Virus record (IMG/VR): IMGVR_UViG_3300002460_000024
Span: 10,835-74,834 of that record
Reading direction: 5' to 3' (one strand)
Length of the DNA: 64,000 bases
Source of the DNA: a virus
Under the pieces are notes generated by a model. That model saw only the letters and a program-made list of their open reading frames with translations. It was not told the DNA's origin and made no database searches. A program made the position numbers and the translations under genes. This document shows, piece after piece, positions 7,509 to 17,824 of this stretch (the stretch's first letter is position 1; every line of letters begins with the position of its first letter).

Positions 7509-7861
7509 TTTCTTTCGTAGATTTTACCCTGTGGACTTTTTACTTTTGTGGGCTGCATCCACCCTAAGGCATCTTTAAGCAACGCAGTTATAGCGTCAGG
7601 GCATAACCCTATTACAACAGAATATATTGAAAACCATTCATATTTTATCAACTTGGTAGTCAGTTCTGGCCTTATATTAAACAAGATGCATAGAGCAACA
7701 GCCAGTGGAACAGAATGCAAAAGCCTAATCCAATTGTCCTTTAAATAGAACCAAAGGCTTCCTTTTACTGGTGAAGCATGACTTTCTCGTTTTCGGGTCT
7801 TATAGTAGCCCCAATTAGCTATGAAAATTCCTAAGAATAGATAAATGAAACTGTAAAGCAT
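7505..7861 (-). CDS. Putative holin/membrane protein
   Basis: Three hydrophobic segments and a basic C-terminus. Confidence 0.55.
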   Translation of the reverse strand: MLYSFIYLFLGIFIANWGYYKTRKRESHASPVKGSLWFYLKDNWIRLLHSVPLAVALCILFNIRPELTTKLIKYEWFSIYSVVIGLCPDAITALLKDALGWMQPTKVKSPQGKIYERK

Positions 7862-7957
7862 AATTTCTAAGTTTAGATCAAATTTAATAAAAAAAAATCA
7901 AATTACTCTTAAGACGCTCTGCTCCTACTGCGCTAGTTATATTATAGGTATAAATGC

Positions 7958-8527
7958 TCATTTTGGGGCGACGCGATTAATGCTGATGTATGGTGGAATT
8001 AGGCCGAGTCCTATCTTAAGTCGTAGTTTTTTAAAAATAAATATCGTCAAAACGAATACACCAATCCCAATACATACCCAACTTTGCCAGAAGGAGAGCC
8101 ACTTTTTCTTAATAACTACCGGAGGCGAATATTCAGAATGCCAATGTTCTTTTATTTCTTGGTAGTGATGCTCAAACCATTGAAGTTTTATTTTTACTTC
8201 GGCACACTCTCCGTCAACGGTTAAATGCCCATCTTTTACTTCTACTGTAGCTTTATTTCCTCTTTTGTCTATTTCTGTAACCTTAAAATCCTTACACGGT
8301 ACTGAATCTTTAAAATGAATCTCAAATGAATCTCTTGGGATTAAAACAACACTATCCCGTGGAACAATCGAGTCTTTTTTAATCACTATTATACTATCCT
8401 TAATTATTTTTGAGCAATGGGTAGAGCACCATTTGGCCGTATTGCAGCTACCAAGAAAAAAAATAGCAACTACTACCAATATAATTTTTATTATCACTAA
8501 CTCTAAAACTACTTTTTTTGCTCTCAT
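7958..8527 (-). CDS. Putative unimolecular spanin (lipoprotein with C-terminal TMD)
   Basis: Signal/lipobox FFLGSC, beta-rich middle, C-terminal TM WVCIGIGVFVLTIFIFKK. Confidence 0.6.
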   Translation of the reverse strand: MRAKKVVLELVIIKIILVVVAIFFLGSCNTAKWCSTHCSKIIKDSIIVIKKDSIVPRDSVVLIPRDSFEIHFKDSVPCKDFKVTEIDKRGNKATVEVKDGHLTVDGECAEVKIKLQWFEHHYQEIKEHWHSEYSPPVVIKKKWLSFWQSWVCIGIGVFVLTIFIFKKLRLKIGLGLIPPYISINRVAPK

Positions 8528-8528
8528 A

Positions 8529-8750
8529 TCAGGGTATTTCTATTTGTACTAAATCTTCTTTAGTCTTTTGAATTTTAGGTTGTTTTTTTAAGTACACATT
8601 TGCATCTTCCCAACCCCTTGCGCCTATTAAATCAGCATTCACAACCCATTTGCCATCTTTGGTTTCAAAGTATGGAATTTGTCGATGCTTTAATTTAAGC
8701 ATTTCGTTAATATTATCTATTTCTGTTTTATCTATTTCTACAAATGTCAT
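8529..8750 (-). CDS. Hypothetical protein
   Basis: 73-aa ORF overlapping the upstream gene. Confidence 0.7.
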   Translation of the reverse strand: MTFVEIDKTEIDNINEMLKLKHRQIPYFETKDGKWVVNADLIGARGWEDANVYLKKQPKIQKTKEDLVQIEIP

Positions 8751-9895
8751 AGGCCCATTGCTGTTAAAAGTGTTTCAAAATCAGATTTAAAATTAGCATA
8801 ATCTGTATCGTTAAACGTTCCAGTAGTAATCATTTGCAGGTACTGTTCTCTAGCGGTAAGTATAATCACTGATCCTGGCCCAATTCCTAATCCATGTCCG
8901 GTTATCTCTATGCCATTTTCGCTCGAGGAGGGCTTGGCTGTTGGTGTAACGGTGTCATTACTATAAACATTTGTTGATGCTGCGCCAGTTCTTACTGCGC
9001 CAAATAATCCTGTAGTAATAACCGGGCCATCGTTAGTGCCAGAATCATTTACACAACTGTTATTATCACCAGCACTATTCATTATAAGTCCTAGATAAGA
9101 TGTGGCTAAATCAGTACAACCAATATCCCAGCCAACTGCATCATTTGTATTGCTCCATATAAAAACTCCAACACTATTTAAAGATATTTCAGCAACAGCA
9201 TTTGGTATAATTCCAGTTCTTGTAAATTTAGTTAAAGCATTTCCTATCCTACCACCACCCTCCAAACAATTAGCATCCACAAAACCAACATTAGTAATTG
9301 GGTAATTACCTATAACCGTTACAGAACCATCTAAATTAAAATAAAAAGGAACCATTTTGGCCGCTGCATCTGCACCAAATACACAAATCTCTAAATGCAC
9401 TATTTTTGATCTATATGAGTTAGTTACCGCTGCGTCACGATCAAACCTATTGGCGATATTTTCTATCTGAGCCTGCGTATAAATTACGTCCACTAATAAA
9501 CCCCCATTATCAAAAACCCCCTCAACGTATGTTTTTACTTCGGGCCGATTCGCAACAGCAATAAAATTTATTTTTGTTTCAGTATCAAATCCACCATCGT
9601 TTGTAGCCGTCAACGCTATTGTCCAATCGCCAACTTTTTCAACCAATAATGTAGGATTTTGAGCAGTTGAAAAAACAACAACAACACTATCAGGATCAGT
9701 ATATGACCAACTCCATGAAGTAGGTGTATTTGTTGAGGTGTCTGTAAATGTTACGGTTTCACCCCATTCGGGAATTAGATCATTAACAGTAAAGTCAGCT
9801 ACCGGCGGATCAACCGCATTAACCAATCGTCTACGCTGCCTTGTTTTAAGGGGCTTATCCTTACGGACAAATCGTAAATTCTTTATTCCCCACAT
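8747..9895 (-). CDS. PKD-domain virion/receptor-binding protein
   Basis: PPVADF...VTFTDTSTNTPTSWSW...QNP...LTATN PKD signature; beta-rich C-terminal domain. Confidence 0.75.
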   Translation of the reverse strand: MWGIKNLRFVRKDKPLKTRQRRRLVNAVDPPVADFTVNDLIPEWGETVTFTDTSTNTPTSWSWSYTDPDSVVVVFSTAQNPTLLVEKVGDWTIALTATNDGGFDTETKINFIAVANRPEVKTYVEGVFDNGGLLVDVIYTQAQIENIANRFDRDAAVTNSYRSKIVHLEICVFGADAAAKMVPFYFNLDGSVTVIGNYPITNVGFVDANCLEGGGRIGNALTKFTRTGIIPNAVAEISLNSVGVFIWSNTNDAVGWDIGCTDLATSYLGLIMNSAGDNNSCVNDSGTNDGPVITTGLFGAVRTGAASTNVYSNDTVTPTAKPSSSENGIEITGHGLGIGPGSVIILTAREQYLQMITTGTFNDTDYANFKSDFETLLTAMGL

Positions 9896-10590
9896 TACCC
9901 TACATAAATTTCATACCTAACGGTAGCTGGATCAGCCCCATTTACTTCAATAATACGAGCATTTGTAATATTTGCCTTTCCAACAATATCAAAAGGATTC
10001 TCATCCACCACTAAAATACCAGTTGTGGTAGTAACGGCCACACCTGTTTCAAGGTAATTTATATCCCCACCTACCGTAGTGCCCATTAAAATCGGAGTTC
10101 TTGGATCTGTTGCCATATTATACCCTGGTCGTGTTTTTGTTATTGTGCATCTAGCCAAAGACGAAAACTCAATTACCACATAAGGAACATCGGCAGTTAC
10201 CGTGAAGGCTCCGGAACCAGTACTGGCTCCAGTAACTAAATCCTTCAATAATATCGCCGTGGCAGTTTGCAAGGATGAGTTAACCTGATACTCACTTGTA
10301 TTAAGTTGGGCCATTAAAGCTGCTGCAGTATTGGTTTGGGTCGTTACCCAGTCCTGATTAAAATATACAAAGTCTCCAGGTTGTCCCGGTAGTCCATATA
10401 GTTGTTGAGCCTCAAGTGAAGTAGCATATACCCTTATTCCCAATGCGGTAACCTGAGAAGCCACTGCAATTACAGCACCGGTCCATAGTTCGTTTTGGGT
10501 TGTTGTAAAGGCAGTTGAAGTTGTAGGGGTTAGTGATCCACTAAGGATTGCGTCTCCTAAAGATGCGCTTGATTTATCAATGAAGGCCAT
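9895..10590 (-). CDS. Putative structural protein
   Basis: T/A/G-rich, 231 aa, own promoter. Confidence 0.6.
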   Translation of the reverse strand: MAFIDKSSASLGDAILSGSLTPTTSTAFTTTQNELWTGAVIAVASQVTALGIRVYATSLEAQQLYGLPGQPGDFVYFNQDWVTTQTNTAAALMAQLNTSEYQVNSSLQTATAILLKDLVTGASTGSGAFTVTADVPYVVIEFSSLARCTITKTRPGYNMATDPRTPILMGTTVGGDINYLETGVAVTTTTGILVVDENPFDIVGKANITNARIIEVNGADPATVRYEIYVG

Positions 10591-10606
10591 ATTCGAATAA
10601 TTTTAT

Positions 10607-10614
10607 CAAATATA
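10607..10614 (-). promoter_or_regulatory. Bacteroidota sigma70 -7 box (TAnnTTTG)
   Basis: TATATTTG just upstream of ATG 10590. The same box type occurs at 7879, 18823, 27259, 36290, 37173, 41910, 50590, 51823, 54527 and 56951. Confidence 0.75.
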
Positions 10615-10635
10615 GGAAAATTTGGGGCGACGCAA

Positions 10636-10920
10636 TTAAAGTATTATAATTTCTTTGCCCTGTGCATCAAAAATATGACATGCATCATCCTTTTTTAGCC
10701 ATTTCACCTCATAAAACTCCTTAATACTATTGATCGGAATAACCCCATACTTAACCATCAGTGACGAATAAATGATATAATCTGTGTTAAATTGAAGGGG
10801 AATTGTTTGGTTTTCGACCTTTATCATCTCATAGCTTACCCTTGTGGCCTTAATCACCAATTTCTTACCACCATCATTAAAATCAATCAAGTATCCCTTT
10901 TTGTAATAAACTCTTTTCAT
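10636..10920 (-). CDS. Hypothetical protein
   Basis: 94-aa ORF. Confidence 0.65.
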   Translation of the reverse strand: MKRVYYKKGYLIDFNDGGKKLVIKATRVSYEMIKVENQTIPLQFNTDYIIYSSLMVKYGVIPINSIKEFYEVKWLKKDDACHIFDAQGKEIIIL

Positions 10921-10925
10921 ATTAA

Positions 10926-11624
10926 TTACGTCGCCCTATAAAACTCAAAATCCCCTAAAGGGCTTCTACCCTCTTTTATAGCATAAGCTATATCTTCCGG
11001 CCTGAGCCCTAAGCCTTCCTCTTCTATTTTCATTACTAATGACGCATTTAATGGCTTTGATTTATCCCCGGACAAAAATTCTTGCTCCATTTTTTGTAGG
11101 ATATCGGCTGTTTCCTTCCACTTCATAATATCTGTGGTGGTGGCATCCTTATTGTTTCGGAGCTTCTTCATACCTTCGTAGTATTTTTCTCGTAACGTAA
11201 CTATTGCTGAAAACATATCAGAATAACTATGTCTTAAGAACTCTACGATCATGTAATTCACTACCTCATTCTCTCCATCCATCATTTTCTCCACTAAATC
11301 CCCAAATTTTCCATTATCCGGGTCATAGTCAAATCCAGCTTGAATAGCACAGGCCACTTTTCTTTTGTCGTACTCTGGATAAGCGGCCTTTATGCAGTCC
11401 AACTCCATTGAATACATAAAATTTATATACCTGATAATCTTGTTTCTGGCGATTATCCTGGAATCGTCCGTTGATCCCCACGCAAAGAACCCGTAAGCAA
11501 AACCCCCAAGTCTGGTTAGTTCCGGCCTCTCTACTAAATAGTCATAATGGAGGGGAATCTCATGTATTCCCACTCCATCCTTTTTTATCCTGACCTTGTT
11601 TAGTTCTTCTTTAGTAAATTCCAT
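10926..11624 (-). CDS. Hypothetical phage protein
   Basis: 232-aa ORF. Confidence 0.75.
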   Translation of the reverse strand: MEFTKEELNKVRIKKDGVGIHEIPLHYDYLVERPELTRLGGFAYGFFAWGSTDDSRIIARNKIIRYINFMYSMELDCIKAAYPEYDKRKVACAIQAGFDYDPDNGKFGDLVEKMMDGENEVVNYMIVEFLRHSYSDMFSAIVTLREKYYEGMKKLRNNKDATTTDIMKWKETADILQKMEQEFLSGDKSKPLNASLVMKIEEEGLGLRPEDIAYAIKEGRSPLGDFEFYRAT

Positions 11625-11645
11625 GGTGGGGCGACGAGATTAATG

Positions 11646-11909
11646 TTACCTAAACTCTACTTTAAAATATTTATTTAACTCTTTACAAATATCCTCATTG
11701 CTGATTTTAGGCACTCCGGGTTTTCCCCAATTTGGTTTTATTTGAACCTCCCACCATCTATAAACCTGACTGATACAATATAACTCAATAGACTCTGGCC
11801 GTGTAAAATGACCCTCGTCTTGTTTTTTTCGCATACCATCCACAATGGTTTTAACAGCATATTCAACGGAATAGTCTATTTTTTCATTTCCTTTAATTTC
11901 GTCACCCAT
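11646..11909 (-). CDS. Hypothetical protein
   Basis: 87-aa ORF, translationally coupled. Confidence 0.65.
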   Translation of the reverse strand: MGDEIKGNEKIDYSVEYAVKTIVDGMRKKQDEGHFTRPESIELYCISQVYRWWEVQIKPNWGKPGVPKISNEDICKELNKYFKVEFR

Positions 11910-13102
11910 TATCCAGCCGATTTAGCAATTTTAATCATTTCCGTTATCTGTAATTCAGAAGCCTTTGCTAAGAACTCTAATATCATTGCATCGTCTCCTT
12001 TTGTAGTGTCCATCTCTGGTTTTAATGTCATTTTGCCAAAGGCGTAGATTATAGCCACAGGCACTACTCCCATCTTTCTGAGATTGTCCAATAACTGTAA
12101 ACAAATTTCTTCATCCCTGTCGGTTCCCATGTGTTCTGGGATATTAAAGTCTAAGTTCAACTTGTGGATGACGGGTAATATTTCTTCCTCTTGTGGTATT
12201 ACCGGTGGGGGCGACGTAATTAATGCTATCGCCGCTTCCTTTTCTAATTGAGTTTCCACCTTAATTTGGGCCCAAAACGCCTCTTCCCCAAATACCCTAA
12301 ATTGAATAATACATCTCCTGATCTTTAAATTGGATCTCCGAGGAAATTTATCAATTACTTTATATGGGTTAATTGGGCATAAATCGTTGTCTGCTGATCC
12401 ATAAATTTGAGTGGATGTTGAGGCGTAGATTTTGTCTAACGCTTCCACCACTTTCACTTCGCTCAAACAGGCATTTAAAGGGACCTTGATTTCCCAATCA
12501 CCGGCATTTATTTTGTCACATAAAATCTGACTTGGTTCTGGTTCTTCTTTTGCTGGTTTTTCAAGTGGCAAATCAACTAAGTTTTGCTCTTTTACTACTT
12601 CGGCTATGGCGGCCGCTAAATCGTCTTTAGGAGCCAACATCATTCCTTCGGGTGGTGCCATATCTTCTATTTTTACAGTAGGTTTAGGCTGTATAACGGC
12701 ATCCGGATGCTCTGAACTAAACGCCTTATCCCTTACCTGCTCTTTTGTCAACGAATTTCCACCCTCTTCGCCAGTATAAATCTTAAACAGCATCTTATAA
12801 AGATATTTTTCTGCCAAAGTTGCCGTCGCCCCAAAATGATAATCTCTACTACTTATAGGAAACGACATATTCGCTACACACCTACTATCATCTTCGGTAT
12901 CTACAAATTCCATTTCTAATAGAAAGGTGTCCCCAATAATTTGTCCATGTGGAATTGTGATGACTCCGTGGGTATTTAAAAGTGGAACCAATGCTTGATT
13001 CATTTGCTCATCCGAAATAATTTTTACTCCATCTACCTCTCTATCCTTTTTAAAGTCTGGAAGGGATTGTCTTATTAAAAGTATTTTTTTATATATGCTC
13101 AT
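11909..13102 (-). CDS. ERF-like ssDNA annealing protein
   Basis: MSIYKKIL...PLLNTHGV...GATATLAEKY...LFKI.TGE matches the ERF N-domain pattern; next to SSB and YqaJ. Confidence 0.65.
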   Translation of the reverse strand: MSIYKKILLIRQSLPDFKKDREVDGVKIISDEQMNQALVPLLNTHGVITIPHGQIIGDTFLLEMEFVDTEDDSRCVANMSFPISSRDYHFGATATLAEKYLYKMLFKIYTGEEGGNSLTKEQVRDKAFSSEHPDAVIQPKPTVKIEDMAPPEGMMLAPKDDLAAAIAEVVKEQNLVDLPLEKPAKEEPEPSQILCDKINAGDWEIKVPLNACLSEVKVVEALDKIYASTSTQIYGSADNDLCPINPYKVIDKFPRRSNLKIRRCIIQFRVFGEEAFWAQIKVETQLEKEAAIALITSPPPVIPQEEEILPVIHKLNLDFNIPEHMGTDRDEEICLQLLDNLRKMGVVPVAIIYAFGKMTLKPEMDTTKGDDAMILEFLAKASELQITEMIKIAKSAG

Positions 13103-13131
13103 TTTAGTATTTTAAAAGTGTTTCTGAATAT

Positions 13132-13836
13132 CTAAAAAGGTAAATCATCCTTCCATGTTTTATCGGCATCCGTTCCTCCACTTGTAGTTGCTGGTGCTGC
13201 ATCTTCCTCTACATGCTGATCCTCATTCAAATCTTTTACCGTAGTGCCAATAGAGGTGGAAGTGGTAGGTGCCTTTACCATTTCATACTTAGATAACACC
13301 TTATCAATTAAGGCATCGAAAAAATCATCCACGCCGGTATAATCATTAAGAGTTTTACCCTGATACTCCACTTTCTTCATCCGAGGCTCCAAATGCTCTT
13401 TGTACCCATACTTCATATCTACCTTCTCAGCGCCTCCCGAAGTAATAACCTTCACCGAAGCTCCAGCAAATCCCTTGTCTCCCCTATAAAAAGATATTTT
13501 TAATTGGTCTTTGAATGACGGCAAAGATGCTAGGCGATTAATTAATTCTCTCACCGGACCTGAGTATAACAGATCAAATACATACTTCTCATTCGCATCT
13601 GTATCGGTTAAAGTAAACCTGCACCCCCTCATTCTACCGTACTTCTCTACTATTTTATCCACCTTAGTAATCTCGGTGATATACCCCGTTAGGAAAGATA
13701 CCGTCTCCACCACCTCATACACCTCTCCCTTTTTTTGTTGCAGGTCCATGCAAGGGTAATCCTTTACATCTGCTTTTAAATTTTTAGGCTTTACATAAAA
13801 GTAAGTGCCTCCTGATTCTGTTGTACCTCTAGCCAT
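13132..13836 (-). CDS. Putative ssDNA-binding protein
   Basis: Acidic C-terminal tail ending DDLPF. Confidence 0.65.
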   Translation of the reverse strand: MARGTTESGGTYFYVKPKNLKADVKDYPCMDLQQKKGEVYEVVETVSFLTGYITEITKVDKIVEKYGRMRGCRFTLTDTDANEKYVFDLLYSGPVRELINRLASLPSFKDQLKISFYRGDKGFAGASVKVITSGGAEKVDMKYGYKEHLEPRMKKVEYQGKTLNDYTGVDDFFDALIDKVLSKYEMVKAPTTSTSIGTTVKDLNEDQHVEEDAAPATTSGGTDADKTWKDDLPF

Positions 13837-13837
13837 T

Positions 13838-14890
13838 TTAGTTTAATTTATTTATTTCGTTTCGTATTAATTCTGCTGTCATTTCCTTACCACTTACTAC
13901 ATGTTTTTTATTCATGGAGCTACGGCACCCATCCCCTAATATCAATGTTATTCCGTTGTGCTCATGGACTCTTAATAGGGTGTTTTTGATAAGAACTTGC
14001 TTCTTTTTGATCTCCTTTTGAATGTCGTTGTAATACTGGTAAGTATGCATTAAAGTTTCCATTGGGGGCGACGCAATTATTCTGCGATCAGGATTATCCT
14101 GGTTCTGAAAACGAGCCGACAAAAACGCTCTGTAAGCATCACTATCGTCCGGTAACGGCTCCAACTCCATAATATCCTTTTGTATAGCTTCCTTATCAGC
14201 TTTCTTGGATGTTAGTTTTAGTCTCTTTGCCAATGGTCGTGCTGGTAGCACCCTCTCATACCAAAAATGACTACATATAGCCATAATAGATTTTGAAAAC
14301 TCTTCAACATAAGGAACCTGGTTAATATGAAGCTCATTGCCTCCTTTTAAACAAGCCAATTCAGCATACTCAGTTCCAAAAACCATCATTTCTCCGTGGA
14401 CTTGCTCATGGTGCTCTGGAATATAACCGTCCATAGAGTCCCATTTTAAGGAGTCAATATTCTTAACCTGCAATGGTGCGTCTTTCTCCAACTCATACCC
14501 ATCTAATCTTTTTTCTCCTTTTGGAATTGTTCCGTCTGGGGTGCAGGAAAGAAATGGGATATCTTCATTGACTAAAATATATCCATCGTTCTTTATAAAA
14601 GATCGGATTCTTTTTTTTTCCATGTAATTCTCTACGTATTTTTCTTTGCCCTCTTCCCAATACTGCCACAGATCCAAAATAATCGGTTCGTGAATATGCC
14701 CCATAAAAGGGCGCTCAGCCATCCTATGCTGACCGCTACCTAATCCTATTTTTTGATAAAACACATCAATAGGGCTCCCGTAATTCCTGTTTGAGCCAGT
14801 AAGAATGGGAATATCACTACACCCTATATAGTTTGTTCGCAATTCTAACCACTCAGGAGTATTAACCTCTATTGGTATCTTTTGTAACAT
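13838..14890 (-). CDS. YqaJ/lambda-exonuclease family nuclease
   Basis: EWLELR..YIGCSDI, GHIHEP, FLSCTPDG, QVK motifs. Confidence 0.85.
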   Translation of the reverse strand: MLQKIPIEVNTPEWLELRTNYIGCSDIPILTGSNRNYGSPIDVFYQKIGLGSGQHRMAERPFMGHIHEPIILDLWQYWEEGKEKYVENYMEKKRIRSFIKNDGYILVNEDIPFLSCTPDGTIPKGEKRLDGYELEKDAPLQVKNIDSLKWDSMDGYIPEHHEQVHGEMMVFGTEYAELACLKGGNELHINQVPYVEEFSKSIMAICSHFWYERVLPARPLAKRLKLTSKKADKEAIQKDIMELEPLPDDSDAYRAFLSARFQNQDNPDRRIIASPPMETLMHTYQYYNDIQKEIKKKQVLIKNTLLRVHEHNGITLILGDGCRSSMNKKHVVSGKEMTAELIRNEINKLN

Positions 14891-15197
14891 AAAAATCTGT
14901 TTTTATTTTGATTAGCAACGGCAACTTTACGGTTAAAACATAGATTGCGTCGCCACACTCCCTACAAAACAACTGTATTTTAAAACTATCAACTAATGGA
15001 CTAGCCCCTCTTGATATCTTCAAATACTCAAAAGGCCCTATATAGGAGTGATCCTTTATTTTTATGATATGCCCATCTTTTTGTAATCGGCAAATAACCT
15101 TACCCCAAATATTTTTTATTTCAATATATGTTCCTTCTCTAAAATAAGAAGGTAGTTCGGGTGAAAATTTATATTTGTTAGGCTTCCAGGTTATCAT
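14862..15197 (-). CDS. Hypothetical protein
   Basis: 111-aa ORF. Confidence 0.55.
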   Translation of the reverse strand: MITWKPNKYKFSPELPSYFREGTYIEIKNIWGKVICRLQKDGHIIKIKDHSYIGPFEYLKISRGASPLVDSFKIQLFCRECGDAIYVLTVKLPLLIKIKTDFYVTKDTNRG

Positions 15198-15591
15198 CGA
15201 CTATTCTTTTACTGATTAATATTGCTAGTTCTTGGGCTGTCCAGTTATGTAGGGTGACGCGATTATTATAGGATTTGGTACTTTTTAAACCCAAAACATT
15301 ACAAAATTTAGGAAGGTGCCCTAACTCCTCCATCCAGACTACTACTTGTTTTGTAATTTCTTCTGAGTCCTTAAGTCGCCCCCTTACTTGCCTTCGCTGC
15401 TGAAATGAAATAAGACCAGCATTGGTCATAGCCTTCACCTTCTTTTTATCCCAATTCTGTTTTTTTATTAAGTCCAGAAGTTTTTTCTTCGTTTTTATTT
15501 TCATAGCGGACATAAGGGCTTCGTGAGTACCCCCATTTTTGATATACTCTGCCACCTTTAAGGTTGTGTCGTATGAATTTTTGACGATCAT
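15178..15591 (-). CDS. Basic hypothetical protein (possible DNA-binding)
   Basis: 137 aa, K/R-rich. Confidence 0.65.
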   Translation of the reverse strand: MIVKNSYDTTLKVAEYIKNGGTHEALMSAMKIKTKKKLLDLIKKQNWDKKKVKAMTNAGLISFQQRRQVRGRLKDSEEITKQVVVWMEELGHLPKFCNVLGLKSTKSYNNRVTLHNWTAQELAILISKRIVDDNLEA

Positions 15592-15992
15592 TTGATAGTT
15601 ATTTCTTCTCCGGTTAATATAAAGTATAGGTTTTGTAGTTGGTGAAGCTTAACATCAATTATTGCGTGAAGCGTTACTCCGTTGACCCAATACGGGGTGT
15701 ATAGATTCCATGTACCCATATGTTCATAAACAACAAAACGTAAAATTTTATTTACAACCATTTCGCCAGCATCCTCGATAAATTTTGACTCGCTAAACCC
15801 ATTTATTGTAAATAAGCGTTCTTTATTAATATAAATTGGTTTAAAAACCATAGCAATATGATCCGAATCAACCTCGGCCCCATCAGCATTATGATAAATT
15901 TGAACAATATCAGAGGCCTCACACTTTACGATAGTGCCCCATTTGGTCGATTCATAATAATTACCAATTCTTAATTCACTCGGTTTTATCAT
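15588..15992 (-). CDS. Hypothetical Bacteroidota-phage protein (ELRIGN...HQLQNLYF family)
   Basis: Recognisable terminal motifs. Confidence 0.75.
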   Translation of the reverse strand: MIKPSELRIGNYYESTKWGTIVKCEASDIVQIYHNADGAEVDSDHIAMVFKPIYINKERLFTINGFSESKFIEDAGEMVVNKILRFVVYEHMGTWNLYTPYWVNGVTLHAIIDVKLHQLQNLYFILTGEEITIK

Positions 15993-16186
15993 TTGAAAAT
16001 AATTTTATCAACTTTAATTTCGTACACCGCCAAAATCTCATCCAGTTTTTTAAGGCTAACATCTCCTTTACTCAACCACTTTGAAATAGTAGATGTGCTT
16101 TTACAGAGGCGAGAGGCTATATCATTCTGGGTTATTCCCCTTCTCTTTAATTCTGCGTTTATATGAGCTAGTATAAGGTTTTTCAT
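15989..16186 (-). CDS. XRE-family HTH regulator
   Basis: GITQNDIASRLCKSTSTISKWL. Confidence 0.85.
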   Translation of the reverse strand: MKNLILAHINAELKRRGITQNDIASRLCKSTSTISKWLSKGDVSLKKLDEILAVYEIKVDKIIFK

Positions 16187-16641
16187 GGTGCGACGTCAAC
16201 TTTAGTTTCTACTCCGTATTTTAATTTCCATAAATCATCTCCCATCTGAGAAATGTTTATTGCTGTATATCGCAATACTTTATATCCTAGTATTTGCGCC
16301 AAATTTGTTTTCTCACAATCCTTAGAAAACCCGGTTACGCCCGTATGTCTTGACTTGTCCGAAAACACACCATCGTACTCTATGCCTGTATTGATTTCAG
16401 GACAGTAAAAGTCAAACATAAATCTCCGAGTTTCGCAAAATTTATATTCCTTTTTGTAGTCAGGAAATAAGGCTTTGATAATAAATTCCATTTCTCCTTT
16501 TGTCTTATCACCATTACCTTTTTTCTTATGAATAATAACCGTAGCCTCTTTTACGTATGGTTTCATGACAATATTCCCATGACCCTTAATGGCTCCCTTA
16601 TTAACATTCTCCTGCAATCTTGTTGCTTCCTCTGGGCTCAT
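16183..16641 (-). CDS. PD-(D/E)XK endonuclease (Vsr/DUF559-like)
   Basis: EYKF..RRFMFDF...IEYDG...RH...DCEK.N.AQ.LGYKVLRYT. Confidence 0.8.
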   Translation of the reverse strand: MSPEEATRLQENVNKGAIKGHGNIVMKPYVKEATVIIHKKKGNGDKTKGEMEFIIKALFPDYKKEYKFCETRRFMFDFYCPEINTGIEYDGVFSDKSRHTGVTGFSKDCEKTNLAQILGYKVLRYTAINISQMGDDLWKLKYGVETKVDVAP

Positions 16642-17234
16642 TTTAAAAAGTTTACGTAGATTTTATACTCCCTATACTTATCCCCCTTATACCACTCCGT
16701 TCTAAAATATTTTTTCCCGGATGTTGCCTGACAAGGTGTTCTTTTTAATCCTTCTTTTAAACAAAATTCTTTGCTGTGGGGTATTACCATTGTCATTTGG
16801 CCGGCATGGTTGATATTTTTGGACAACGCAACTATTGTTACTACGTGCCCAACATCGGCCAACTCCTGAGCTTGTTGCAAGTCTGCCACCAATTTCCACC
16901 CAAACTCCCCTCCAAAATTTGCCAACCAATTAAATAATCCTCTGGAATCCATAGGGAAAACCTTTTCAGGGTTCGGATTAATTACGTCGCTATACCAAAC
17001 CCTCGGTAAATAAGCTCCAGCTAAGTAACAAAAGTCATACGCAAATAGGTGGCACATAACTTTACTTTTCTCATATCGTGGTGAATTTTCTGGATCTAAG
17101 TACCTCACTATCTCCAATAAGTCTTGTGGAAGCCCCGTTCCTTTGGGCATATCCTCCTCTGATAAGGCATACATTTTTGTTGTTACCTGATTCCGACTTA
17201 CGGGATTATGAAAGTGTAGATGGATGGGCTGCAT
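16638..17234 (-). CDS. Putative papain/CHAP-like cell-wall hydrolase domain
   Basis: SPRY...CHLFAYDFCYLAGAYLPRVW; adjacent to the endolysin. Confidence 0.4.
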   Translation of the reverse strand: MQPIHLHFHNPVSRNQVTTKMYALSEEDMPKGTGLPQDLLEIVRYLDPENSPRYEKSKVMCHLFAYDFCYLAGAYLPRVWYSDVINPNPEKVFPMDSRGLFNWLANFGGEFGWKLVADLQQAQELADVGHVVTIVALSKNINHAGQMTMVIPHSKEFCLKEGLKRTPCQATSGKKYFRTEWYKGDKYREYKIYVNFLK

Positions 17235-17824
17235 TATTTAAAAAGTGACTGATTAAATTTCTTAAAAGCCTCCAATCGATTTAACCACCCTTTTTGGAAT
17301 TTGGCGTTTTTAGTTCCTGGTCCCGAAATACTAATGAAGAAATCTTTTCTAGCCTCACAAAGTTGAAGGAAAAGTCCCGGCTGATTAGGAAATGTATTTA
17401 ATGCCGTAGGGATTGCACTCCAAGTTTGAGGGTATGGATGATCGGCAAGATCAATAAAGTTTTTTATTTGCTTAAAAGCGCCCTGTACCCCACTTCCCCA
17501 AACCCACGAAGCCATACAGTTTGCTATGTAAAGATTAGTATAAACATCCCCATAAACCTTATCCCAATATAGAATCTTAAACACATCAGATTGATCTGCT
17601 TTTGTCATATTAAAGAACCTTTCAGCCATCACAGCAATAGAGGTAATACCTTTAGCTTTACAATAGGCCATCCACGTAATCCACGTAATTCCCATATTGG
17701 TATGCCACCCATTCATTCCTTTAAACGCTGAGGGACAAGGCTTGGCGCTAGCAGCGTCATTAACGTCCCTACTAAGTCCACCCTCCCATTTACAAATAAA
17801 TGGCATTATAAATTCATGCTTCAT
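17234..17824 (-). CDS. Endolysin, glycoside hydrolase family 108 with PG-binding C-terminus
   Basis: KWEGG...D, TNMGIT, YWD, KFQKGWLNRL. Confidence 0.85.
   Translation of the reverse strand: MKHEFIMPFICKWEGGLSRDVNDAASAKPCPSAFKGMNGWHTNMGITWITWMAYCKAKGITSIAVMAERFFNMTKADQSDVFKILYWDKVYGDVYTNLYIANCMASWVWGSGVQGAFKQIKNFIDLADHPYPQTWSAIPTALNTFPNQPGLFLQLCEARKDFFISISGPGTKNAKFQKGWLNRLEAFKKFNQSLFK

Noticed and set aside
8747-9895. Diversity-generating retroelement target
   Set aside because: No reverse transcriptase and no template/variable repeat pair were noticed in the window.
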